Source of the DNA: a virus
DNA: 64,000 bases
IMG/VR virus record: IMGVR_UViG_3300048014_000353
Coordinates: 74,551 to 138,550 of that record
Reading direction: 5' to 3' (one strand)
Shown here: piece by piece, positions 28,697-37,937 of the stretch
Layout of the letters: the number at the start of each line of letters is the position of its first letter
How positions within the stretch are numbered: the stretch's first letter is position 1
Position numbers and translations under genes: made by a program
Notes under the pieces: model-generated
The model's database searches: none
Seen by the model: the letters and a program-made list of their open reading frames with translations, nothing else
What the model was told of the DNA's origin: nothing

Positions 28697-28978
28697 ATGG
28701 CTGCTTGGGTTCACGACGTTCTCACGTTCATCGCTCGCCGCACGCAAACGCTCGTCTCGGCCGGCAAGCCGCTCCCGATCGCGCAAGCGATGGCGACGGC
28801 CGAAGCCTCCGCCCCTCCGGGGTTTGCGAGCGGCCCCTCCCAGAACGCGCCCTCGTGGTACGGCGAGCACGCGGTCTGCCCCGCTCCCGACTGCGACTGC
28901 GCCATCTCGCGGGCCATGAAGAAGTGCGACCGCAAGCGCGCCCGGCGCCTCGAGCTTGCGCAAAGGAGCGGAGCATGA
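28697..28978 (+). CDS. Hypothetical protein with Cys cluster
   Basis: GGAGG RBS; HAVCPAPDCDC. Confidence 0.5.
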   Translation: MAAWVHDVLTFIARRTQTLVSAGKPLPIAQAMATAEASAPPGFASGPSQNAPSWYGEHAVCPAPDCDCAISRAMKKCDRKRARRLELAQRSGA

Positions 28979-29196
28979 AGGCCCTCGCAAGCCTCGCCGC
29001 CCTCGCGCTCCTCATGTCGATGGCGTGCGGCACTCCAAAGCCTCCCGTCGAGCCGCCCATCGCCGAAACGGTGGCAAAGCCGGCGCCCGGGGCGCCCGAG
29101 CCTGCGGCGGTACCCCGCGCCGCGCCCGCACCGAGCGCCGAACCCCTAGACGCTCCGGCCGAACCGCCCCCCGTCCGGCACGACGGCCGCGGGTAA
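28975..29196 (+). CDS. Small Pro-rich lipoprotein
   Basis: MKALASLAALALLMSMAC lipoprotein signal; ATGA-coupled. Confidence 0.6.
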   Translation: MKALASLAALALLMSMACGTPKPPVEPPIAETVAKPAPGAPEPAAVPRAAPAPSAEPLDAPAEPPPVRHDGRG

Positions 29197-29234
29197 AAGG
29201 CAAGGGGTGGGGGAGGACGGCGCGCGGTCTCCTT

Positions 29235-29870
29235 TCAGTACGGCGAGCCGCCCGCCGCGCAGCACTCAAGCAGCCCGTTGCCGTTCGACCCGACGGTCAC
29301 CTCTTCGCCGTCCGCGAGGGTGCCAACGATGAAGGTGATGCCTCCGTAGATGATGGGGTTGCACGCCGTCTGGGGGATGCCTCCGTCCTCCTCGTAGAGA
29401 CAGCCCCAGGGGTTGGTCCCGCAGGCCGGAGGGTACGCCCCGTTCGCCGACCCCTTCACGCACCGGGCCGCGGCGGCGATGTTCGCGTCGGGCGTGACCG
29501 CGGCGTCGTCCGGCGCGGAGTCCCCCCCTGCCTCAAGCCCTGCGTCCGGAGCCGACTGGCCGTCGAGTCCCGCGTCTGCGCCATCGAGGGGCGCATCGCG
29601 CGCCGCGTCCATCGCCTCCAGCGGGGCGTCGGTCGCGCCCGAGTCCGATGGCGTCGCGTCGACGGGCGGAGCGTCGGCCTGCGCCTCAAGAGGGGCGCCC
29701 CCCGCGTCCTCCGGCGCCGCGTTCACGGTCGCATCCGGCGCGCCTGCGCCGAGGTGCGTCCCCGCGTCAAGCGCCACCTCCTGCGCGATCACGTCCGTCG
29801 TCTTCGACGAGCAGGCTCCCATCACGACCCCGGCCCCCACGACCCCCACCAGCGCCAGCACGATCCGCAT
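29235..29870 (-). CDS. Myxobacterial-type lipoprotein (DAG-rich linker, Cys-rich C-terminal domain)
   Basis: MRIVLALVGVVGAGVVMGAC lipobox; repeated DAG/DA motifs; five Cys in C-terminal domain; antisense to tail operon. Confidence 0.7.
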   Translation of the reverse strand: MRIVLALVGVVGAGVVMGACSSKTTDVIAQEVALDAGTHLGAGAPDATVNAAPEDAGGAPLEAQADAPPVDATPSDSGATDAPLEAMDAARDAPLDGADAGLDGQSAPDAGLEAGGDSAPDDAAVTPDANIAAAARCVKGSANGAYPPACGTNPWGCLYEEDGGIPQTACNPIIYGGITFIVGTLADGEEVTVGSNGNGLLECCAAGGSPY

Positions 29871-29951
29871 GCTTCCCACCATCCGCTGCACCCCGCGACC
29901 ATGCAAGGTGAACGTTCGTGCGGTGGTCGCATGTCGTAAGGACGTGCGCCC

Positions 29952-31955
29952 GTGATCGTCATCACGGGTCACTTCCTGCCGACCTTGCCCGAGTGGTCGG
30001 CGTCCACGGTCTTTGGTCAGCCGAACGTCCAGCCGAGCCCCCCCAACGGCTATTACTACCAGTTTCTCAGCACGGGAACGTCCGGTGCCACGCAGCCCGT
30101 CTGGCCGACGACCACGGGCGCGTCGGTGAACGACGGCACTATGGTCTGGTACTGCCAGGGCTACCTCGCCGCGCAGTTCCAGCTGCAGACGTGGGACCAG
30201 AAGCAGGCGCAATCCGTCAACGGAGACCTCGGCGGATGCTGGGCCCCGTCCACGACGCTCACGATCAGCTCCGCTTCGGGTGGATTTCTTGACGTGACCG
30301 GGCCGACGGTCCTGTCGGGCTATGGCCAGCTCGAGACGCAGAGCAGCGCGCTCGTCTACCTGGACACCGGCGACTTCCCCCAGCTCGCATCGAACCACGC
30401 GGGGCAGTACCGCCGCATCCGTACCGACTGCGCGCTCGCGGTGTCCAACCACCCGCTCAGTCTGCGGCAGGACTTCGCGCTCTCGGGGCTGCGCGCGACG
30501 GCGTGCACGCTGCAGACCTATACGACCGGCCCCGTACTCGGTATCGGCGCCTGGGCGCCGGCGCTCGTGGTGAGCGTGAACAACATCACGCTGTCGGGCG
30601 AGCAGTTCATCGACGGGGTGAGCACGTCGAGCTCGCGCGTGCTCGTGGTCGGCCAGTCCACCGCGAGCCAGAACGGAATCTACACGAGTGGCTCCGGGGC
30701 GTGGACACGCACGAGCGACGCGAACACCGGCGCACTCTTCACCTCCGACAAGTCGATCAACATTCTGTCCGGGGCGGCGTACGCCGGCTCCACCTGGGCG
30801 TATTCGAGCGCCACGACGCCGACCCTCGGCACGTCGGCCGTGTACTTTGCGCTGGCCAACGACCAGTCGGTCATCGTCACGACGACGCCCGTGCAATGGC
30901 AGATGTCCTTGCGGGTGCATGACGGCGCCACGCTCGTAGACGCCGTGCTGTCTTATCTTGCGACCCTCGGCACACCCAAAGCGCGTGTCGTGGCCGTGAG
31001 CGCGCTCGGCGCCGTCACGCCCCTCACGAGCACCTCCGCGGGGGCGGACGTCAACGGATGGGTGACCGCGCCGACCGCGAGCTCCTCGACCATGATGCAA
31101 GCGTGGTCGATTCCCATCGACGGCGGCGCCGCGGGCAACGCCGTCGTGTCGGTCGCCTCCGACACCTATCTCCTGCAGGTGATAGAGGACCAGACCCAGA
31201 CCGCGTACCCGGGAGTGATGCCCGTCTACACGAGCGTCTACGCCGCGACGACGACCGCGATCGATATGGCCAACGCGCCCGCCACCATCGACGGGGTCAC
31301 GCTCACGGTGGGACAACGCGTTCTCATCAAGAACCAGACCGACCCGACGCAAAACGGGGTCTATCTTTACCCCGGCGCGGGCAACTCCTTCGCCTACAAG
31401 GGTGAGGCGCCGATCCCCGTCTGGACGCCCAACACCGCCTACGCGGTGGGCACGAACGTCCAGCCCGGATTCTACAGCTCCGGCGGCCACGTCCTCAGCA
31501 AGTCCAACGGGCTCTACTACCAGTGCACCGCCACGTCGGGCACCGGCACCAGCGCCTCGGCGCCACCGATTTGGCTTACCACCGCGGGGGCCGTCGTCAT
31601 CGACAACCCCGGAGCCAATCAAGTCACTTGGACCTGCGAGGGCGCACTTCCTTCGGGCCTGTACACGCAGACGATCGAGATTCGGACCTACGGCCTGCTC
31701 CAGGGGGCCGTCGTACCGGTGGTCAACGGCGCGACCAACGGCGGCACGCTCTGGCAGTACGGAGGGACGAGCATTACGCCGAGCAGCGTGGGAGCGTTGC
31801 CCGCGTCGCCGTGGGGCACGATCCCGACCGGACTTGTCAGTGGAACGACCTCTGACGTTTCGCAGGTGGGCTCTGGCATCTTCTCAGCACCCGGCAATCT
31901 CTACAACGACGTCGCCGTCGACCACGTCGATATCGCCGACCAGAGGTTCCAGTAA
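29952..31955 (+). CDS. Tail fibre/appendage protein, paralog 1
   Basis: NGD.GG.W.P motif, two CBM-like modules, two NITLSG.Q.IDGV....RVL...Q....NG.Y-type modules. Confidence 0.65.
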   Translation: MIVITGHFLPTLPEWSASTVFGQPNVQPSPPNGYYYQFLSTGTSGATQPVWPTTTGASVNDGTMVWYCQGYLAAQFQLQTWDQKQAQSVNGDLGGCWAPSTTLTISSASGGFLDVTGPTVLSGYGQLETQSSALVYLDTGDFPQLASNHAGQYRRIRTDCALAVSNHPLSLRQDFALSGLRATACTLQTYTTGPVLGIGAWAPALVVSVNNITLSGEQFIDGVSTSSSRVLVVGQSTASQNGIYTSGSGAWTRTSDANTGALFTSDKSINILSGAAYAGSTWAYSSATTPTLGTSAVYFALANDQSVIVTTTPVQWQMSLRVHDGATLVDAVLSYLATLGTPKARVVAVSALGAVTPLTSTSAGADVNGWVTAPTASSSTMMQAWSIPIDGGAAGNAVVSVASDTYLLQVIEDQTQTAYPGVMPVYTSVYAATTTAIDMANAPATIDGVTLTVGQRVLIKNQTDPTQNGVYLYPGAGNSFAYKGEAPIPVWTPNTAYAVGTNVQPGFYSSGGHVLSKSNGLYYQCTATSGTGTSASAPPIWLTTAGAVVIDNPGANQVTWTCEGALPSGLYTQTIEIRTYGLLQGAVVPVVNGATNGGTLWQYGGTSITPSSVGALPASPWGTIPTGLVSGTTSDVSQVGSGIFSAPGNLYNDVAVDHVDIADQRFQ

Positions 31956-32761
31956 TGGCTCACGGTACACGCATCCGCACCGATGCGGCCTGGGCGGTTG
32001 GCTCGCCCTGGCTCGACAGCGAGCGCATCGCGATGGACGCGGCCCTCACGAGCGCGCTCAACGGCGACGGGGGCGGGACCTACACGCCCACGGCCAACCT
32101 CGTCATCGCGGGGGCGGGGCTTCGGCTGCTGGCGACCACGCACACCCTCTCGGGGTCGGGCGCGTACCTGGCCACCTCCATCTCTGGCAACAAGCACCTC
32201 GTCCACGGGGACAGCGACTATTGCGTGCTCGGGTCGGGGCACTCCGGCACGAGTCGCGTCGTCGAAAGTCCCATCACCCGCGCGCGGTACGCTAACGGCT
32301 GGACGACCGGCTCCAGCATGATCGTGTCCACCGAGTACGGGGCGACTGCGCGCATCCCGCTGAACGTCCACGACGGCGCGCAGTTCAGCAGCGTGGCCTT
32401 CAACTTTCTGGTCGCAACGAACACCGGGGAGTGCCCCGACGAGACGCCCGCGCGCTTCGGCGTCTTTGCCAAGGACCAGAACGGCGTCACCTATCCGCTG
32501 AGCGCGTCGATGCCCTACCAGGGGCAGCCGAACTACACGAGCGTGGCCGCTTGGTACAACAGCGGCCTGCCGCAGCAGTTCGTCTACGTCTGCGACGCGT
32601 ACGCAAGCAACCCGTACGTCCTCGTGGACACGTCCCGGTTTACGTACTTCGCCGAGATCGTCGAGGCCTCAAGCGTCGTGCAGGCCGACTTCCTGGGAGC
32701 GACATGGTTCCAGGACATCCAGTCCGGGTTCGAGAACATCCCCAACCTCGCGCCGCAATAA
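31955..32761 (+). CDS. Tail fibre/appendage protein, paralog 2
   Basis: LNGDGGGTYTP and VHDGA motifs shared with neighbours. Confidence 0.6.
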   Translation: MAHGTRIRTDAAWAVGSPWLDSERIAMDAALTSALNGDGGGTYTPTANLVIAGAGLRLLATTHTLSGSGAYLATSISGNKHLVHGDSDYCVLGSGHSGTSRVVESPITRARYANGWTTGSSMIVSTEYGATARIPLNVHDGAQFSSVAFNFLVATNTGECPDETPARFGVFAKDQNGVTYPLSASMPYQGQPNYTSVAAWYNSGLPQQFVYVCDAYASNPYVLVDTSRFTYFAEIVEASSVVQADFLGATWFQDIQSGFENIPNLAPQ

Positions 32762-32764
32762 GCT

Positions 32765-33973
32765 ATGCCGCACAACGACTTCGTTCGACCCGACGGCCAG
32801 TGGCCGCTCGAGACGGTTCCCACTCCGGGTGACGCGCGCGCGCTCGACGTGGCCCAATACCAAGCCGTCAACGGCGACGCGGGCGGCACCTGGTCCCCCG
32901 CGACAGCCATCTCTCTAGGAGGGCGCGGACTCGCCCTCACCGGCGGCCTGCACCAGATCGCCGGCGGCGTGCGCACGCAGGAAAGGGGCCGCGTGGTCCT
33001 CGGGCACAGCGACTTTCCGACATTCAAGACCGCCGCGTCGCGCGTGCTCACCGTTCCGCTGCTCGACTACGGGCTCTATTCCTTTCCCGACCAGGTCCCC
33101 GCACCCTCGATGGTGCAGCTCGCCCGGTCGCTTTCGCCGCCGGGCACCATCTTCTCGTCGTCCTCGCTGCAGTCGGCGGTCTTTCCGATCGATAAGCGTT
33201 ACATGCACAACGGCGCCACGCTGGCCTCGGCGCTCATCGCGATTGCGATCGGTCAGTCGCATGCGGTCGTGCCCGCGACACAGCCACAGGCGCTCGTTCT
33301 CCGCGACGACTTCATCGTGGGGTCGGCATGCTTTCCGTTCGTAGCGGGCGCGAACTACAGCCTCCAAGAGTACGTCGTTCCGCCCACGCCGAACGGGTAC
33401 TTCTACTCGGTCACCACGGGGGGTACGGCGGGCGCCGCGCCCGGCTCGTGGCCGACGACGTACGGGACGACCATCAACTCCGGGCCGGTGATGTTCACGT
33501 GCGATGGGCCCACGTGGTCCGGCGCCTACGCGAGCTTTGCCGATCCGCACGGGTGGGCGCCCACCGCGAGCGCCCAGGCCGGGCGACTCATCCAGCCGAG
33601 CCCCGCCACCGGGCAGTTCTTCGTCTGCACCGAGACCGGCACGACCGGAACGACGCAGCCCACCTGGCCCACCGCGTACCTGTCAGAGGTGAGCGACAAT
33701 ACGACGACCTGGCAAAACCTTGGGTCGATGCTTCCGATTCTGAGCGGGCAGATGGGGGCCGGAAGCGCCGCCGCTTACTTCAATGGCGGCGTCGCGCAGT
33801 CGTTCAGTCTCGCAGCCGTGACCGGGGGCCCGTCGCTCATCGACACGACCAAGTTCTCCTACGCGCTGCTCGTGGTCGACGAAAACGGCACGAACGCGTT
33901 TCTACCGAGCCTCAACATCCTCATCGCGGCCCAGCTCACCTACACGGGAATCGCAGACATGCGATTCGAGTGA
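32765..33973 (+). CDS. Tail fibre/appendage protein, paralog 3
   Basis: VNGDAGGTWSP and HNGA motifs; two CBM-like modules. Confidence 0.6.
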   Translation: MPHNDFVRPDGQWPLETVPTPGDARALDVAQYQAVNGDAGGTWSPATAISLGGRGLALTGGLHQIAGGVRTQERGRVVLGHSDFPTFKTAASRVLTVPLLDYGLYSFPDQVPAPSMVQLARSLSPPGTIFSSSSLQSAVFPIDKRYMHNGATLASALIAIAIGQSHAVVPATQPQALVLRDDFIVGSACFPFVAGANYSLQEYVVPPTPNGYFYSVTTGGTAGAAPGSWPTTYGTTINSGPVMFTCDGPTWSGAYASFADPHGWAPTASAQAGRLIQPSPATGQFFVCTETGTTGTTQPTWPTAYLSEVSDNTTTWQNLGSMLPILSGQMGAGSAAAYFNGGVAQSFSLAAVTGGPSLIDTTKFSYALLVVDENGTNAFLPSLNILIAAQLTYTGIADMRFE

Positions 33974-33979
33974 ACCCCA

Positions 33980-35350
33980 GTGCCGACGCCCCCCTACGCT
34001 CAACTCCAGGTTCAGATCAACGGAGGCTCCTACCAGCCGTCGGGGATTGTGACCGTGGCCGCAGCCCAGGTCATCACACTCTCGGCCGCGAGCACGGTCG
34101 GCGTGCGAACATGGCTGTGGGAGATCTACGACTACCCCATCGGCTTCTCCCTGCCGACAGGCTGGTCGTACGAGAACGGCGCAGGTAGCGCGATGCAGTA
34201 CGCGGGGGGGGCCAACCCTCCGACGTTCACGATCCCCACGCTCGGGAGCACGACGTGGGGCAAGTTCATGCTCCGCCTACGGGTCAACGGCAACCCGCTG
34301 CAGTACCAGTCGTCGGGGACGCAGAACACCGGCTTCACCCCGCAGCTGACCGACGAGTCCACGTGCCTCAGCCTGTTGTCGGCCAACGGATTCGAAGGCC
34401 TGGGGTTCGGCGAGAGCACGCAGGGCGATGTGCTCCGCTCCTGGGCAGGCACGATCATGCGCCTCGCGCGCGCGATCACGCTCGCGGGCGGCAGCTTCAC
34501 CGCCGCCGGTGACCTTTCGGGCACGAGCGCCAATCAGACCGTCGTGGGGCTCAACACCGTACCTCTGAACACCGCGGACACGTCGGGCGCGCAGTCCGAG
34601 GTGTGGATCTACGACACGTCCAACAGCAAGATGAACCTGCGGCAGGCGACGACCGATGACCTCGGCGCCGCGTTCTCGCCGACCCTTGCGAGCACGACGG
34701 GCGGATCGGGCGTCGTGCAGATCGGCACGTCCTGGCAGCCGACGGTGACACCGAACCCGCTCACGAATGCCTCGGGCATCTCGGGCTGCACGCTGCAGGA
34801 CAACGTCGGCAACAGCCAGTCGGTGAGCTCCGGAGGAGCGCTCGCAGCGCCCATCTCGGGCGGGATCTACACGAGCGCGAACACGGCGAGCATCAATACG
34901 CCGGGCACCTCGATCTCGCTCACGGTCACCGAGACCAAGGGGGGCGTCACACGGACGACCAACCCGGTCACCGAGACCTACGAGGCGCTCGCGTTTGCAG
35001 GGCACGGCGCGTCCACGACCGCGACGGGGCTCACGCAGTCGGGCGGGAACGCGACGGTCACCGGCCCGGCGGCGGCGCTCGCGGGCGTCTTGCTCGCGTC
35101 GCTCACGGGGAGCTCGGCGCCGTTCGGGTCGATCACGCCGTACAACGACTATCTCTGGCTCGCGTGGCACTCGAGCTTCGGCTCGACGCACATCATCAAG
35201 GACGCGCTCAGCGGGGGGTTTCAGATCGACATGCAGGCGCCGACGTCGTTCACGACCACGACGTCTACGGGCGTGTCCTGCACCTACTACGTCGCCCGGT
35301 CTACGAACAACCTCGGCACGACCGCGATCGAACCGTACTTCTCCACCTGA
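33980..35350 (+). CDS. Beta-rich virion/fibre-like protein
   Basis: Thr/Ser/Gly-rich; AGDLSGT fibre-type motif. Confidence 0.55.
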   Translation: MPTPPYAQLQVQINGGSYQPSGIVTVAAAQVITLSAASTVGVRTWLWEIYDYPIGFSLPTGWSYENGAGSAMQYAGGANPPTFTIPTLGSTTWGKFMLRLRVNGNPLQYQSSGTQNTGFTPQLTDESTCLSLLSANGFEGLGFGESTQGDVLRSWAGTIMRLARAITLAGGSFTAAGDLSGTSANQTVVGLNTVPLNTADTSGAQSEVWIYDTSNSKMNLRQATTDDLGAAFSPTLASTTGGSGVVQIGTSWQPTVTPNPLTNASGISGCTLQDNVGNSQSVSSGGALAAPISGGIYTSANTASINTPGTSISLTVTETKGGVTRTTNPVTETYEALAFAGHGASTTATGLTQSGGNATVTGPAAALAGVLLASLTGSSAPFGSITPYNDYLWLAWHSSFGSTHIIKDALSGGFQIDMQAPTSFTTTTSTGVSCTYYVARSTNNLGTTAIEPYFST

Positions 35351-35359
35351 GGCGGGCAC

Positions 35360-35821
35360 ATGAAATTGTCGATCGGAAAGCTCGACGCCCACGGCGTCGC
35401 GAGCTGCGGCCACACCTTGTCCTCGGAGGACCCAGTCCTGTCGTTCGAGCACGGCGGGGAGGTGGGGTACGTATGCATGCGCCGCGAGTGCTACCGCCTC
35501 TTCGTGGAGGCTGACGCACGCGTCGACGCCGCGGGCGACGGCCTACGCACGAAGGCGGAAGCAGCGGCTTCCGCGGCCATTGCGGAGAAGCGCGCGGAGT
35601 GGAACGACGCCGAGGACAACGCGGCGCGGGCAGCCGAGCTCGCGGACAAGGCGGCGGAGGAGGCCAAGTGGTCCCTCTCCCTCACGAAGCGGCGCGCCGC
35701 CGTTCACGCCCGCACGGCCTCTGACCGGGCCAAGGCGCAACTCGCTCACCACCGCGCGCATGAGCGCACGCCCGCGTTCCACGGCGCGATTGTCTGGGCG
35801 CTCGTCGCGAGGGACGCATGA
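35360..35821 (+). CDS. Hypothetical protein (Cys-containing N-terminus, Ala-rich coiled coil)
   Basis: ATGA-coupled to next gene. Confidence 0.5.
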   Translation: MKLSIGKLDAHGVASCGHTLSSEDPVLSFEHGGEVGYVCMRRECYRLFVEADARVDAAGDGLRTKAEAAASAAIAEKRAEWNDAEDNAARAAELADKAAEEAKWSLSLTKRRAAVHARTASDRAKAQLAHHRAHERTPAFHGAIVWALVARDA

Positions 35822-37143
35822 CGATCAACATCACAGGCACGCTCGTCCCGGCCTCCGCGACGTTTGGGATCGCCAACGCGAGCGACCTCGTCGGGGGCTT
35901 TGCGTCCTACGCGAGCCCGAGCGCGATCGGCGCCATCGCGTCCGGGCGCCTCATCCTCGGCCAAGAAGCGTACGACCAGTCCACCGGCATTCTCTACCAG
36001 CTGACGAGCCTTACGCCCGGCGGCGGCTTCGCCAACGGGACGTGGATCCCGCTCGTCATTCCGAACGGCGGCGCGTGGTCGCCGGGCGTAGCGACGGTCG
36101 CGACCGCGAACATCACCCTCTCCGGTGAGCAGACGATCAACGGCGTCACGACGTCGGCGTCGCGCGTGCTCGTCGTGGGGCAGAATTCGACGGCGGCCAA
36201 CGGCCTCTACACGACCGGAACAGGCGCGTGGACATACACGAGCGACGCGAACGTCGCGTCCGACTACATCCTCGGCAAGCAGGTCGCGGTTCTCGGCGGC
36301 ACCTACGCCGGCACGATCTACGTCTGCAACGCGGTCCCGGCCACACTTGGCACGAACCCCGTCACGTTCGTCGCCAACGGCACGGGCGGCACCAGCTTCA
36401 ACGCGGCAAGCCCGCCCCCCATCGGCAACGTCGCCCCCAGCACGGCCTTCTTCTCGCAGCTCACGCTGAGTGGCCCTGGTCTTTGGGCCAGCGGCGTCGC
36501 GCCGCTCGACGGATTTGTCTCCGCGGCCGTCACCGACTCCGGTACGGCGACCACGCTTTCGGCCACGCAGTACAACGTCCGCACGATCGCGCTCACCGGG
36601 GCCTTGACGGCCGTGCGGACCGTCATCATCCCCACGCAGACCTCGTCGTCGTACGTGCCGTGGTGGTGGTTTCGAAACGCCTCCACGGGCGGATTTAGCA
36701 TCACGATCTCCATCGGGTCGGGCGCGACCGTGTCGCTCGCGTCGGGCCAGACGGCGATGTGCTGGACCGACGGCACGAACGTATACATCTCGGGCGGTGG
36801 TGCGGGCGGTAACACGCTCGTTGGCACGGCGAAGACCGCGGCGTTCACGGCTTCCGCCGGCAACGATTACAAGATCAACACGACCGGCGGGACCTTCACC
36901 GGCACGATGCCGGCGGTCACCGACGGCGCGATCATCTCGTTCATCGACACCGAAGCGAGCTGCGGATCGTCCGCATTCAGCGTGACGGCCGCGGGCACGG
37001 ACAAGGTGATGAGCCCCGCGACGATGACGCTCTCGAGCGCCGGCGGCACGGTCGTCTGCTTGAACCGCAACTCGCAGTCGGTCCAGTACGAGGGAATCGT
37101 GTCCGCGACGCTTGGCAACTACTGGTACCCGAGGAGCAACTGA
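35818..37143 (+). CDS. Tail fibre-like protein
   Basis: ATANITLSGEQTINGV....RVLV.GQ....NG.Y module; ALTGALT and TFTGTMPA repeats. Confidence 0.65.
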   Translation: MTINITGTLVPASATFGIANASDLVGGFASYASPSAIGAIASGRLILGQEAYDQSTGILYQLTSLTPGGGFANGTWIPLVIPNGGAWSPGVATVATANITLSGEQTINGVTTSASRVLVVGQNSTAANGLYTTGTGAWTYTSDANVASDYILGKQVAVLGGTYAGTIYVCNAVPATLGTNPVTFVANGTGGTSFNAASPPPIGNVAPSTAFFSQLTLSGPGLWASGVAPLDGFVSAAVTDSGTATTLSATQYNVRTIALTGALTAVRTVIIPTQTSSSYVPWWWFRNASTGGFSITISIGSGATVSLASGQTAMCWTDGTNVYISGGGAGGNTLVGTAKTAAFTASAGNDYKINTTGGTFTGTMPAVTDGAIISFIDTEASCGSSAFSVTAAGTDKVMSPATMTLSSAGGTVVCLNRNSQSVQYEGIVSATLGNYWYPRSN

Positions 37144-37937
37144 TGCAACGCGTTGGACTCTACATCGTCATCGCGTGGGTCACGTGTGCGTCGATCCTCC
37201 TCTGCGTTCTTGGGCGTTGGGCATGGGTGACCGACCAGCGCGTGCAGGGCGCCGGCGCGGAGCCTCCGTGGCGCCTCGGGTCACGTCCAGACCCGACGGG
37301 GAACGGCTTCGTAACGACCGTGGGCGGCGAGCTCGCGGCGGCCGGACGAAACATCGGTGCGGCCGACCTCGACGCGGCGCTTGCCTCGCCTCCGTGCGTG
37401 GGGTGCTCGGTGGCCAACAGCGTCGCGGCGACCTCCTTGTCGGTCGACGCCGGCGTCACGACCTGCGCGAGCTCGAACGCGCCCGTTCAGGACACCTGCG
37501 GGTGGTCGGCGATCACGACGGCCGGCTGGACCCTCGTGGACCAACAGGTCGCTCCGCCCGCGAACACCTACCAGACTTGGAACACCAAGGTCACCCTCGG
37601 TGAAACGACGACCGGCGGGAACGTGACCGGCAACCACTTCGACTCTTTCATCACGTTCACTGCATTCACGCTTGTGGACGGCGGCACCTACCTCGTTCCG
37701 CAGGGCGGCGCGGCGACACCCACCAAGGTGGCGAGCTTGTCCGTGGTTTCGGGCACGGGCTGCGCGGGCTGCGTCTACGGGACCGGGTGCACGTGCGGCA
37801 ATACGACGGGGCTCTTCACCTACGAGGCCATCGTGGACGGCGGATACATCCAGCTGCAGGTCGAGCAAGCAACCTACGACGCGAGCAGCAACTACTATGC
37901 TCGGGCGTCGGTAGACACTCCGGTGCTGCTGCCGTGA
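37143..37937 (+). CDS. Membrane-anchored or secreted Cys-containing protein
   Basis: N-terminal hydrophobic helix; DAG/DGG motifs. Confidence 0.55.
   Translation: MQRVGLYIVIAWVTCASILLCVLGRWAWVTDQRVQGAGAEPPWRLGSRPDPTGNGFVTTVGGELAAAGRNIGAADLDAALASPPCVGCSVANSVAATSLSVDAGVTTCASSNAPVQDTCGWSAITTAGWTLVDQQVAPPANTYQTWNTKVTLGETTTGGNVTGNHFDSFITFTAFTLVDGGTYLVPQGGAATPTKVASLSVVSGTGCAGCVYGTGCTCGNTTGLFTYEAIVDGGYIQLQVEQATYDASSNYYARASVDTPVLLP

Noticed and set aside
25715-37143. Diversity-generating retroelement TR/VR pair
   Set aside because: Differences between repeated patches are not adenine-specific and no reverse transcriptase is present in the window
29952-37143. Mu G-type invertible fibre segment
   Set aside because: All fibre paralogs are co-oriented; no invertase or flanking inverted repeats seen
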